Part shown: piece after piece, positions 48,993 to 58,844 of the stretch
Layout: the number at the start of each line of letters is the position of its first letter
Position numbering within the stretch: position 1 is the stretch's first letter
Assembly (NCBI GenBank): GCA_963850905.1
Contig: CAWKMU010000003.1
Span: 1,056,001 to 1,120,000, forward strand
Reading direction: 5' to 3'
Length of the DNA: 64,000 nucleotides
Origin: an uncultured Gemmatimonadales bacterium
GTDB lineage: Bacteria; Gemmatimonadota; Gemmatimonadetes; Gemmatimonadales; Gemmatimonadaceae
Notes under the pieces: model-generated
Told to the model about the DNA's origin: nothing
The model's input: the letters and a program-made list of their open reading frames with translations, nothing else
Databases searched by the model: none
Program-made: the position numbers and the translations under genes

Positions 48993-49965
48993 TCACAGCC
49001 CAGCCACGAAGTTGACCGTCGGATCCTGGCAGCCGCTCCACGTGATCGTGATATAGGCCGATCCCTTCGAGCCGTTGAAGGAGGCCTGCAGCACGCCAGC
49101 GGTGAGTTGCGATGCTGTAGTGCACGTCGGGTCGTAGGTCAGCGCGGTTGGTGTCGAGACCGCCAGCGCGAACGACTTGCCATTGCCCGTGTAGTTGGTC
49201 GTGCCGGTAACGGTCAGCGTGCCCGGCGGGAGCGATCCGCTGCCGAGCAGCTCGCTGCCGCTGTAGGTGAACGTCGCCATCCAGTTCTGCGCATACGACG
49301 CGTTGACCGTATCGGTTCCGGTGCTCGCCAGCGTCAGCGTCATTCTGGTTGCTCTGCGACAGCGAGCCAGCCGTCTCCGTGACCGTGGTCCCGCCATTGA
49401 GCCCGATGCTGGCGGAATCCGCCCCCGAGCTCAGGCCGATCACGAGATTGTTCACCGTGGCCATGTAATCGGCGTCCGGCGTCGTGGGCGTCGGATCACC
49501 TTCGGTGAGAGAGCCGGAAATCGAGAAGGTCAGGCTGTCTTGCGTGAACGTGCAGTTCGCGCCGGCGGTCATGGTAACCGTGTCCGGAATGCCATCGGCA
49601 TCCTGGTCCGCAGGGTTGGCCGGCGTGAGGGTGATGCATGGCGGCAAGCTCCCCCTGCTCGCGATCCCCGTGCGGACCCGATGCACGCGGGTGCTTCGGA
49701 CGAGATCGAACGGGACGTGGGCCAGGCGCAGCAGCGGCGCCGCCGCTGGCGTGCCGACCCGGCTGGCATTTTGGACGGGCGGGTTGATGCCCCCGAGGAA
49801 GTCACTGATGGACGACTCGAGCGACGCCTCAACGCCCTCATCCACCAGCGCGGCATCCGCCGCCGTGGGCGCCGTGCTTGGCGCGGAGGAGCCAGCCAGA
49901 CTGCAGCCGACGATCGTAATCGCGGACAGACCAGCGGCGACGAAGGCCGCCACAGAACGACGCAT
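48993..49965 (-). pseudogene. Thr/Ser/Gly-rich beta-strand lipoprotein with a +1 frameshift near 49343 (possibly a sequencing error)
   Basis: Signal ...ITIVGC. The first frame reads ...SLSQSNQ and continues as MTLTLASTG...ITWSGCQDPTVNFVAGL* in the next frame. Span 973 nt = 3n+1. Confidence 0.65.
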
Positions 49966-50164
49966 GAAGCGCTCCCGAGCGAGTGGAGAGGTGTTTGGCC
50001 GTTCACGCGTCGTAGGCCCTGATCTCCCCTGCCGTGCGACGTGACCGACCTGCTCTGACGCCCTTTCTGACGAACGCCGCCGCGGAAGCGAAACGAAAGG
50101 ATCTGTAACGAGGACGGATGCCGGGTTGGACTCCGCAGCTCTTTTTACGGACGCGGAGCGGCCG

Positions 50165-51157
50165 CTACCAGCCTGTCGCTCCGGACTGGAGATGCTCGAG
50201 TCCCAGCCGCAGGTGTTCCAGCACGCCCGGCCGCGGGCCTGCCTCTCCCCAAAACGGTGTCTTGTTGACGTCGATTGGGACGATCGCGCCCTCAGTGTCC
50301 ATCACGCAATCCGTTCCGTGGAAGTCGACCTGCATCGCGACCGCGGTGCGGTGAGCGACGCTGGCCGCCCGTGCGACTTCAGCCGTCACGTCGCCAAGTG
50401 GGATGTGCTCGCCTCCAATAGTCCAGAAAAAGGAATACTCTCGGCGGCGAGCGGGAGAGAGCAGCTTCTTGATCGTGAGGTCCGTCCAAATCTGTGCGAC
50501 CACCATTGCAGGGCCAACGCCGTACACCCGGTAGAAGGCACCCTCCGGGTTGTCGAGGTATCGCTCGATCGCCAAGGTGCGATCGAACCATGCAGCCTCA
50601 GGCACCTCGTCGCGTCGACAGACGCGATACCCCTGTGGATCGGACATCTCCGCATTCAGGTCACGGGTGAACCGCTCCGCAGTCCGCCCGCCACGCGCGG
50701 CCAGCCGCCGCTCCGGGACCCCGGCGGCGTTGAGCGTCGTCTTGATGATGACCCGTTCGTCACCCGGTCCTGCACGGGATGCCGCTGCCGATGGCAGGTC
50801 GAACTCGGCGCACCGCTCGTGCAGTGTCCGCTTCCGCAGGTCGGTCGCGCGGCTATTCAGCGTGACCACTCCTCGCGCGGCGAGGCCCTCGTACAGCGCC
50901 GCTTCCTCATCGAGGAAGTCATCGGTGCGGCTCGCATCGATATGCATCAGCACCACGCGGGCCGCGCGCCCGATGGCCTTCGCCACCGGTGCGGCGGCCT
51001 CGCCGGGACGGATCGGGATACGGGTGGCGTTGGGGTACATCGCCTGAATCAGGAAGTTGTCCCAGGCGTTGCACTCGCAGACGGCAATTGGGGCTGTCCC
51101 CAAGTAACGCGTGATCCGGCGGCGCACGTCGGTGCGGAGGCGTGCTAGCAACGACAC
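50165..51157 (-). CDS. Hypothetical protein with ATP-grasp-like C-terminus
   Basis: VIIKTTLN, IERYL and DFHGTDCV...IVPIDVNKTP resemble ATP-grasp motifs. Start uncertain (GTG 51157; ORF open to 51208). Confidence 0.55.
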   Translation of the reverse strand: MSLLARLRTDVRRRITRYLGTAPIAVCECNAWDNFLIQAMYPNATRIPIRPGEAAAPVAKAIGRAARVVLMHIDASRTDDFLDEEAALYEGLAARGVVTLNSRATDLRKRTLHERCAEFDLPSAAASRAGPGDERVIIKTTLNAAGVPERRLAARGGRTAERFTRDLNAEMSDPQGYRVCRRDEVPEAAWFDRTLAIERYLDNPEGAFYRVYGVGPAMVVAQIWTDLTIKKLLSPARRREYSFFWTIGGEHIPLGDVTAEVARAASVAHRTAVAMQVDFHGTDCVMDTEGAIVPIDVNKTPFWGEAGPRPGVLEHLRLGLEHLQSGATGW

Positions 51158-51634
51158 TCGTCTCCCGGAATCCTTTGGTCGTGCTGCAAATGGATGGCTG
51201 CCTCGCATCGCCCACCCGAGACTGCACGTGCTATGCGAGGGGTTGGGACGGTAAGAACCGGTCGCCGCAGATGCAACTGTGGCAGTGAGGCAACATTGCA
51301 GTCGTCAGGCGTCGCTCTCGATCGGCGCTTGGATCGCCCACCATGTGTCATATTTTGGGACGCTTGCACGCTCCTGTACACGTCGGATCTCAGTCAAGAG
51401 GGGCGTGACCAAGCGAGCGTCCGTGACGACGCGCGCGCGCGTGATGGCGCCAAGCTGAACTGAGGGCGCTGCCTTGGGCCCACCTGAGTCGTCCACTGCC
51501 GGACCGCTGGCGTCGAGCGGTTCGCCTGAGCGCGTCGGCCAGTGGAGTCGTGCCTGTTATGGGAGGATGCTCCAAATCGGGCGACCAAGCGTCGGCGGCG
51601 GCAAACACGTAGTAGCAGCGAGAGGCGCTCACCA

Positions 51635-53390
51635 ATGGCGGGGAGAACGAACGTGCGGTGCACACAGCAACTCGGATTGTTCGTTTGCCTTGCTGCGATC
51701 GCGGGGTGCGGCGGGTCATCGAGACCCACGGGACCCAGTGTCACGGTCACCACGGCGTGCTCCCCATCGGATACCGTCACGATCGCTCCCCTCCAGGCGG
51801 TCACCTTCGACTGCTCGAATGGCGGCAATGGCTTTACTCTGGCCGGCGGCGCGGCGACCTATCTCGTCGTCCCCGAGTTCGCCACCGGTGATGTGCCCTA
51901 TTCCTTCCAGACCTATGCGCTCGGCCGATTCGGCACGCCGAACCTCAAGCCAGCGCCCATGGCGAGTCGTACTGCGATGGCAGCTCCACTGCTCCACAAC
52001 GCGAGCGTGTCGAACCAGCGCCAGGCCGCGTTCGACCTCCGCATGCTGGCGGCAGGACGCAAACGCGCGTCGGATCTGATGGGTGCCCTATCGGCGCGGC
52101 CTCCTGCTCCCACCAAGGTCAGAGGCGGCGGGCCACCGCCCAGCATCCGGAGTTTCCGAGTGGTTGCTGACTCCTCCGGCACCACCTACAAGACCAGCGT
52201 CGCGCGGCTCTCGTACACGGGCACCAACGTCTACGTGTACCTGGATACCGCCGCGCCCAAGGCGCCCGGCGGTTTCACAGCCGCGCAACTCCAAAAGTTC
52301 GGCCAGTACGCCGATCAACTGCTGTATCCGCTGGACCTCAATACCTACGGCCCACCGACGGACATCGATGGCAACGGGCACGTCATCATGCTGCTGACGC
52401 AGATCGTCAACGGACTGACGCCCAAGTCGGAATGTGCGACGGAAGGGTACGTGGCCGGGTTCTTCAACTCATTGGATCTCGATGACCCGTCGGACGGCAA
52501 CTCCAACGCGGGCGAGATCTTCTATCAATTGGTCCCCGATTCACTCGGAACCTTCAGCTGCGCCCACAGCGTGAGCGACGTCGAGTCAGTCACGCCCGGT
52601 ACATTCCTGCACGAGCTGCAACACATGATCAACAACGGGCAGCATGTGCTCATTCACCACGGGCAGCCGGAAGAAGGATGGCTGGACGAAGGGGAGAGCA
52701 TCGTCGCGACCGAGCTGGGCGCGCGATACTATGACGTGAAGTATCCGCCGCCGAGCGACCGGACGTCAGCGGGCCAGTTGTTCCCGGACTCCGCAGAGCC
52801 GTTCATCTCGGAGCAGCTCAACGATTCCTACAACTATCTGACGGCGCCCGATACCGCCTCCCTCACGCTGCACACGGATGCGGATTGCTGTCTCGCCTGG
52901 CGCGCAGGCGACTGGCTTCTGCTGCGCTACGTCGGAGACCAGTTCGACTCCACGGTGTACGCGCGGCTCGATCAGAGCAACATCACCGGCACCGCCAACC
53001 TCGCCCACGCTACGGGGATCCCGTTCGCACAGATGTTCGCGAACTTCGGCCTCGCCCTCTACACGGACAGCATCCCCGGCGTCGCCCGCGCATCGATCCC
53101 GGCGGCGAATCGGTATGTGTCCTACAACTTGCGACAGCTGTACGACCGCCTCTACACCACATGTCAACCCAATGGGTGCGGCGACGGGCATCGATAACCC
53201 GTTCCCGATCGTTGTGCAGAATCTCGCGCCGCCAAGCGCGCTCTCCGGTTCGATGGTCCCCGGAACGGTCAGCTTCTATCAGCTGACAACGTCGGGCTCG
53301 AGCCCAGTGAGCGTCGTGTTCAGCCAGCCGAGCGGCACGAGTTTTCCAGCGTCCCTCCAGCCGCAGGTGGCGGTGTTTAGGATCAAGTAG
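51635..53390 (+). pseudogene. Zinc metallopeptidase lipoprotein (HEXXH; M30/hyicolysin-like) with a +1 frameshift near 53186-53188 (possibly a sequencing error)
   Basis: Lipobox IAGC, DIDGNG, GYVAGFF, SNAGEIFY, HELQHMI and WLDEG. The C-terminal part (IDNPFPIVV...VAVFRIK*) is in another frame. Span 1756 nt = 3n+1. Confidence 0.72.
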
Positions 53391-53394
53391 GGGG

Positions 53395-53516
53395 TAGACG
53401 TTGGACGTTGGACGTTAACAAACCTCGAGGCCAGCTGCGTGCACCCGCGGCTGGCCTCGAGATTTGTCTCCAACGTCCAACGTCCAACGTCCAACGTCTA
53501 ACGTCTAACGCTCTAG
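53395..53516. repeat. Composite palindrome B5 (core loop in opposite orientation to B2/B4)
   Basis: tagacgttggacgttggacgtt...ctcgaggccagc tgcgtgcacccgcg gctggcctcgag...(caacgtc)4 (taacgtc). Confidence 0.92.
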
Positions 53517-53520
53517 CCCC

Positions 53521-54168
53521 TCACGACGTTCCGATGCCCGCGCCCTCGACCTGCCAATCCGTCGACAGCGCACTCGATCCCCACATGACAATGAGCTTGC
53601 CATGGAGGCTCGTGTCGCCCTCGGTGCGTCCGGGAAGCCACGAGGGGACCAGATAAACGGTGAAGCTGTCCATCGGCTCGGCCAAAGCGCGGTGCGTGAG
53701 CGCGGTCCGGCCGAAATCCTTGGACGCATCGTAGTCGGTGCCCCACTGGGACGTCTCGCGGCTTACGATGAGGTGCCAGCCATCACTGCCGTTGAGGAGA
53801 TACAGCGTGTAATCCCCGTGCGGTACATGGAGGGAGCCCAAAGTCAAATCGACGTCGGTGTGCAGTGCAGCCGCCATGTTGGCGCCAAAGCGCCAGACTT
53901 TGTCCTTGGGAATCAGCCCACCTTCGACCGCGCGGCCGCGGGCGTGGGGCTGTCCGTAGGTGATTGCGATCCGCGCCGGGCCACTGTACCCAGCGTCCTC
54001 AGCAAACCACTGGCGGCCGACCGGGCGTGAGTTGACGTGCACCTCGACCGATGCAAAGGAACTCGGGGCGAGCATGGGCCGCGGGGCGGCAGGTGACTGA
54101 CCGTGCACGGCGAACGGCACGAGTGCGGCAGACATCAGCACCTGCAGGACGGTGACATGTGTACGCAT
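53521..54168 (-). CDS. DUF2911 domain secreted protein
   Basis: Signal peptide, ITYGQPHARGR, VWRFGANMA, GDYTLY and QWGTDYD motifs. Confidence 0.8.
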   Translation of the reverse strand: MRTHVTVLQVLMSAALVPFAVHGQSPAAPRPMLAPSSFASVEVHVNSRPVGRQWFAEDAGYSGPARIAITYGQPHARGRAVEGGLIPKDKVWRFGANMAAALHTDVDLTLGSLHVPHGDYTLYLLNGSDGWHLIVSRETSQWGTDYDASKDFGRTALTHRALAEPMDSFTVYLVPSWLPGRTEGDTSLHGKLIVMWGSSALSTDWQVEGAGIGTS

Positions 54169-54222
54169 CGTGGGATCGGAAAGAGGTGAAGAGATCGGAG
54201 GTCGCAGACGTCTGTGACGACC

Positions 54223-55170
54223 TCAGAGGATTCTGGCGCCGAATGCGCTGACGACGAGGTCGACCGCGAGCGTCGCGGTTTGGTTGCGATCGTCCAGTAC
54301 CGGATTGATCTCGACCATGTCCATCGACACCAGCCGCCCCGAGTCGGCGACCATTTCGAGTGCGAGGTGCGCCTCGCGGAACGTGGCGCCGCCACGAACC
54401 GGCGTTCCCACTCCGGGCGCGTCGACGGGATCGATCCAATCGGGATCGCACGAGACGTGGATGCCACCTGTTCCCCGTCCGGCAATGGCGATCGCATTCG
54501 CCATCACGCTCATCAGACCGCGCTCGTCGATCTCGCGCATGGTGTAGGCGGCAATGCCGAGGTCGCGGATGTGCTTCCGTTCCGGCGGATCGAGATCACG
54601 CAGCCCCACCATGACCAGGTGTTTCGCGTCCACGGCGGGCGGGGAATGCGTGATCGCCGAGAGGCGCGGGTCGCCCAACCCGACGAGGTGCGCGACGGGC
54701 ATGCCGTGAACATTGCCGCTCGTGCTCGACGTCGGCGTGTTGATGTCGCCATGCGCGTCCAACCAGATGACGCCAACTCGCTGCTGCCGCTCCGCGAGCG
54801 CGGTGGCGACCCCGGCCACAGACCCCATGGCAAGCGAGTGGTCCCCTCCAAGCACAAGTGGTGTGACGCCGGCTCGCACAGCATCGGCGGTCACCTGGGC
54901 CAGCTGTCGGCAGACGGTCGCGATCGCCGGGATCGATTCGGGGCCGCAATCCGCCAGTTGCTCGCGCTGGGACACGATCAGGTTCCCCACGTCGTCCACT
55001 TCATGTCCAAGCGCGCGAAGCCGTTCGACCAGTCGCGCAATGCGGAGAGCAGAGGGCCCCATATCCACCCCACGGCGGCTCGCCCCCAAGTCGAGCGGGA
55101 CGCCAATGATCCGCAGGGATCGGGGCACCGCCACACGCCGTCCCAAGCTCGCCGCCGGCGCCGAGGTCAT
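54223..55170 (-). CDS. rocF: Arginase
   Basis: GASRRGVDMGP, LGGDHS, DAHGDINTP, SGNVHGMP, SCDPDWID, APGVGTPV and EINP motifs. Confidence 0.93.
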   Translation of the reverse strand: MTSAPAASLGRRVAVPRSLRIIGVPLDLGASRRGVDMGPSALRIARLVERLRALGHEVDDVGNLIVSQREQLADCGPESIPAIATVCRQLAQVTADAVRAGVTPLVLGGDHSLAMGSVAGVATALAERQQRVGVIWLDAHGDINTPTSSTSGNVHGMPVAHLVGLGDPRLSAITHSPPAVDAKHLVMVGLRDLDPPERKHIRDLGIAAYTMREIDERGLMSVMANAIAIAGRGTGGIHVSCDPDWIDPVDAPGVGTPVRGGATFREAHLALEMVADSGRLVSMDMVEINPVLDDRNQTATLAVDLVVSAFGARIL

Positions 55171-55235
55171 CGCGCCCTCGCCGTCAGCGATGTCGGGGTG
55201 GTTGTGGCGCGCATGGCAAGGAATCTATCTAGGGG

Positions 55236-55370
55236 CTAGACGCGGAAGGCTGGACGTTGGGAAAGGCTGGACGTTGGACGTTAGAGAACAAACTTTGAGT
55301 CCTGCTGGATGCGCCGGGCCAGCCTTCAGGTTTGTTTTCCAGCGTCCAACGTCCAACGTCCAACCTCTAG
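55236..55370. repeat. Composite palindrome B6 (degenerate core)
   Basis: ctagacgc...ctggacgttgg...ctggacgttggacgttagagaacaaac...gtttgttttccagcgtccaacgtccaacgtccaacctctag. Confidence 0.8.
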
Positions 55371-55376
55371 CCTTTC

Positions 55377-56132
55377 ATGATCGACCTGACTAACAAGACC
55401 ATCCTCGTCACCGGCGGCTCGCGGGGGATCGGCGCCGCGATCGTGCGAGTCGTGGCACGCGCGGGGGCGAACGTTGTACTGCACTACGGAAAGCAGCGCG
55501 ACGCCGCGGCCGCCGTCGCCGCATCCGTGGGCGCCGACCGCTGCCACCTCGTCCAGGGAGACCTCGACCAAGTCGGCGCCGGTGCGCGTGTCTGGAAAGA
55601 CGCGCTCGCGTGGCAGGGCCATATCGACGTGTTGGTCAACAATGCCGCCGTCGCTCTCGACGCCGGTATTGAAGACGCAACGGCATGGACCGACGCGTGG
55701 CAACAGACGTTCCGTATCAACGTCCTCGCAGTGGCGGATCTCTGTCGAGAGGCCATTCTGCATTTCCGCGGACGCGGCGGCGGCACCATCATCAACATCG
55801 CCAGCCGAGCGGCCTTTCGCGGCGATGATCCAAACATGTTCCACTACGCAGCGTCGAAGGGCGCGGTCGTCTCGTTGACGAAGAGCATCGCGCGGGGCTA
55901 CGCTCGGGACGGCATCGTCGCCTACGCGGTTGCGCCCGGTTGGGTCCTGACCGAGATGGCGCGACCGGCGATCGTGTCTCGCGGGATCGACGCGCTCACC
56001 CGAGACATCCCGATGGGCGCACTTGCGCCGCCGGAGGAAGTGGCGAACATCGTCGCCTTCCTGGCGTCAGGACTGGCCCGCCATGCGACCGGCGCGACCA
56101 TCGATATCAACGGGGCATCCTATGTGAGGTGA
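55377..56132 (+). CDS. Short-chain dehydrogenase/reductase (FabG-like)
   Basis: TGGSRGIG, LVNNA, NIAS, YAASK and APGWV motifs. Confidence 0.92.
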   Translation: MIDLTNKTILVTGGSRGIGAAIVRVVARAGANVVLHYGKQRDAAAAVAASVGADRCHLVQGDLDQVGAGARVWKDALAWQGHIDVLVNNAAVALDAGIEDATAWTDAWQQTFRINVLAVADLCREAILHFRGRGGGTIINIASRAAFRGDDPNMFHYAASKGAVVSLTKSIARGYARDGIVAYAVAPGWVLTEMARPAIVSRGIDALTRDIPMGALAPPEEVANIVAFLASGLARHATGATIDINGASYVR

Positions 56133-56185
56133 GGGACGGCATCTGGCGGGACTCGGGAGTCGGGACTTGGCAAACCGCATGCGAT

Positions 56186-56325
56186 GGGCGGCCTGAAAGC
56201 CGCCCCTACATGTTGCTGCGGGCGGCATCTGACCCCGAATTCGCGAACGCCAATCAATGAAAATCGGTAGGGCGGTGAAAATCTCGCCGCCCTACCGACA
56301 TGTAGGGGCGGCCTTCAGGCCGCCC
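56186..56325. repeat. Composite palindrome A3 (REP pair with an extra internal GTAG hairpin 56264-56298); heptamer arms about 56147-56170 and 56333-56365
   Basis: gggcggcctgaaagccgcccctacatgttgctgcgg ... tcggtagggcgg-tgaaaatctcg-ccgccctaccga catgtaggggcggccttcaggccgccc. Confidence 0.9.
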
Positions 56326-56372
56326 ATTTCATCCCGACCGTCTAGTTCCTAATCCCTAACCCCTGCTGTTCC

Positions 56373-56714
56373 TCACATCGGGCACTTCGTGCTGACCATC
56401 TTCATCTTGGTTACCGTCGCCGGCGTCGTGTCGTTGGCCATGGCCATGCCACTCGTGGTGAGCGTCACCTCATGCCCGACGTGGCCGCCGAGGCTCACCG
56501 CCGAGCTCTTCACCATCATCGACTGTCCGCCCTTCTCGACCAACTTGTACACGGTGCTCGAGGTGCCCTTCTCGAGGCACCCGGTGACGGTGTCACGGGC
56601 GACGGGCGTGACTGGGCTCATCGCGTGAACCCGCGGGGCCGTGCTGGCAGCCGCGACTGTTCCAACAGCGAGCCCACCAGCAACGGCAAGTAGTGACGCG
56701 ATGGGACGGCGCAT
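56373..56714 (-). CDS. Small secreted hypothetical protein (OB-fold-like, two Cys)
   Basis: GAGGT RBS, signal peptide, TVTGCL...GHVGHEVTLT...MVSTKCPM. Confidence 0.65.
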   Translation of the reverse strand: MRRPIASLLAVAGGLAVGTVAAASTAPRVHAMSPVTPVARDTVTGCLEKGTSSTVYKLVEKGGQSMMVKSSAVSLGGHVGHEVTLTTSGMAMANDTTPATVTKMKMVSTKCPM

Positions 56715-56813
56715 ATCGACCTCAGGCGTGAAGGGGGGTGAGTTAACTGAGCCCAACGACTGAGAAAATCGTGCCTCGGCCGCCCCAGCAGCCGAGAAAG
56801 GAGAAGGCTGAGG

Positions 56814-58721
56814 TTACTGCACGACCGGGTTGGCCAGCACAGGCACGGTGATGCTCGACACCAGTGACGGCGAGTGATAGACGCGTTCCGTGGCGACGTG
56901 GAAGGCACTATCAGTTGCTGTGTTGATATCCGTAAAGGTTTGCGGGTTGCGATCGACGAGCGGAAACCACGTGCTCTGCACTTGCACCATCAGTCGGTGA
57001 CCCGGTTTCAGGGTGTGGAATACGTCCTGAATGGTGAAGGACACGGTCGTCGGTTGGTTGGGGACCAGTGGTGTCGGGGCGGTGAAGCTGTGGCGGAACT
57101 TCCCTCGCATGACATCGCCACGGATGAGTTGCTGGTACCCCGACAGGTGCACGCCCGGCGGGAGCCCCGGGGGATCCGCGGCGGAATCGGGGTAGACGTC
57201 GATCAACTTGACGATCCAGTCTGAGTCGGTTCCTGATGAGGCGACGCTCAGCTTGACGGTGATCGGACCGGCAAGCGTCAACGGGTCGGTCATGCCCGGG
57301 GTTTGATACACGAGTACGTCGGGCCGTGCGGATGCGAAGCGTTGGTCCTCGATCGTGTACTCGCGGTAATATCCGAACGAGGTCGCCGTCGTGTAGGGGA
57401 CTGGATGTCTCGGGTCACTGACGTAAGCGTCTGGCTTGTCGCCCGCGATGGGCGGCGTCGGCGCAAGCACACCACCGCCGCGCAAGTAGAACGTCATCGG
57501 ACGAGCCGTCGGTGGAGGCCACGCATCGAAGCGTCGCCATTGGTTCGTCCCAGTCTCGAACACGATGGCCTTGGGGAGTGCCGAGCCGCAGCGATCCTTC
57601 AAGTGGCAGGCGAAGAATGGCAGCTCGATCGAATCTCGGTAGAAGGCACCCGTCTGCTGGCCGAACGGGATCGCACCGAACTTGTCGCCCGCGTCTCGCG
57701 CCCAGCAGCCGTGACACCACGGTCCCATCACGAGCGTGCTTTTCGACTCGGGCGCCTGCTTCTGGGTGGCTCTGAACGCCTCGAGCGGACCGTACGGATC
57801 CTCGGCGTCGTACCACCCCCCGACGTACAGCACCCCTGGGGGCAGATGATGCAGGTGGGGCGCCAAGCTTCGCGTCTGCCAGAACGCGTCATACGTGTCG
57901 TGCTTCATGATCGAGTCCCAGAACACGGCCGTGTTGTGGAAGTACTTCACATCGGCGTTGGCGACTGGACCCATGTTGAAAAAGAAGTTGTAGCCATCTT
58001 GTGTGCCGTAGGTTGGCGCCGGTCCGTACGTCGTCACGGGACCGGGGCGGGGCCGGTCAAACGACGACAGGAATCGGAACGTCTGCGCGAGCATCAGCGC
58101 TCCGTTGTGGTGGCGATCGTCGCCCATGAACCAGTCAATGAGTGGCGCCTGCGGAGACGCCGCCTTGAGGGCGGGATGCGCGTCGATCATCGAAGCTGCA
58201 GTGAGGAAGCCGGGCGCAGAAATGCCCCAGATCCCCACGCGCCCGTTGTTGTGAGGCACGTTCTTGAGCAGCCACTCGATTGTGTCGTACGCGTCGGTCG
58301 ACTCGTCGGTGTCCTGCGAGCCGTGGGGATGGTCGATGTGCGGCGTCATGTACACGTACGTCCCTTCCGACATGTATCGGCCGCGGGCGTCTTGGTACAC
58401 GAAGATGTACCCGTCGCGCATGAATGCAGGTGATGGCCCAAGCCCCGCCGGAAACGTCGTGTCGCCATACGGTGCGACACTGTACGGCGTCCGATCCATC
58501 ATGAAGGGATACGACTGGGTCGTATCCCGCGGCGTGTACACGACTGTGTACAAATGCACCCCGTCGCGCATCGGAATGCGATAGGCGTGCTTCTCATACG
58601 CCGTGCGCACGGCCGCCGCGCCTGGCGGAGTCGCGACACCGCTCTCTTGGCCGTTGGCGATCGCTGCGGCAGTCACAAGGCCAGCAGCAATGACAGATAC
58701 GACACGGGGGAGTTTGGGCAT
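56814..58721 (-). CDS. CocE/NonD family hydrolase (alpha-amino acid ester hydrolase / glutaryl-7-ACA acylase-like), secreted
   Basis: IPMRDGVHL, RTPY, QDARGRYMSEG, nucleophile motif GISAPG, GGWYDAED, GPWCHG and QSTWFP. Confidence 0.92.
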   Translation of the reverse strand: MPKLPRVVSVIAAGLVTAAAIANGQESGVATPPGAAAVRTAYEKHAYRIPMRDGVHLYTVVYTPRDTTQSYPFMMDRTPYSVAPYGDTTFPAGLGPSPAFMRDGYIFVYQDARGRYMSEGTYVYMTPHIDHPHGSQDTDESTDAYDTIEWLLKNVPHNNGRVGIWGISAPGFLTAASMIDAHPALKAASPQAPLIDWFMGDDRHHNGALMLAQTFRFLSSFDRPRPGPVTTYGPAPTYGTQDGYNFFFNMGPVANADVKYFHNTAVFWDSIMKHDTYDAFWQTRSLAPHLHHLPPGVLYVGGWYDAEDPYGPLEAFRATQKQAPESKSTLVMGPWCHGCWARDAGDKFGAIPFGQQTGAFYRDSIELPFFACHLKDRCGSALPKAIVFETGTNQWRRFDAWPPPTARPMTFYLRGGGVLAPTPPIAGDKPDAYVSDPRHPVPYTTATSFGYYREYTIEDQRFASARPDVLVYQTPGMTDPLTLAGPITVKLSVASSGTDSDWIVKLIDVYPDSAADPPGLPPGVHLSGYQQLIRGDVMRGKFRHSFTAPTPLVPNQPTTVSFTIQDVFHTLKPGHRLMVQVQSTWFPLVDRNPQTFTDINTATDSAFHVATERVYHSPSLVSSITVPVLANPVVQ

Positions 58722-58779
58722 GCAGGGATAGTAGTGCCGGCAGCCGGTCGACGGCCAGCGCTGCGCGTTGTCGGACCTG

Positions 58780-58844
58780 AGACGTTAGACGTTGGACGTC
58801 GAGGTTTTTTCATCCAACGTCTAACGTGTAGCGTCTAACGTCCA
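58780..58844. repeat. Composite palindrome B7 (arms retained, core largely deleted)
   Basis: agacgttagacgttggacgtcgaggtttttt catccaacgtctaacgtgtagcgtctaacgtccaa. Confidence 0.75.

Noticed and set aside
51158..51634. ncRNA or sigma54 promoter in the long intergenic region
   Set aside because: TGGGAC..TTGCA has the wrong spacing for a -24/-12 promoter, and no convincing structured RNA is visible by eye.
17438..53390. Programmed ribosomal frameshifting at the three split genes
   Set aside because: No slippery heptamers or stimulatory structures are evident. All three are +1 at very short runs, which better fits sequencing error or recent mutation.
58200..58240. GISAPG instead of GxSYxG as inactivation of the CocE/NonD hydrolase
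   Set aside because: Ser, Asp and His motifs and the RTPY tyrosine are retained. The residue after the nucleophile contributes mainly a backbone amide.
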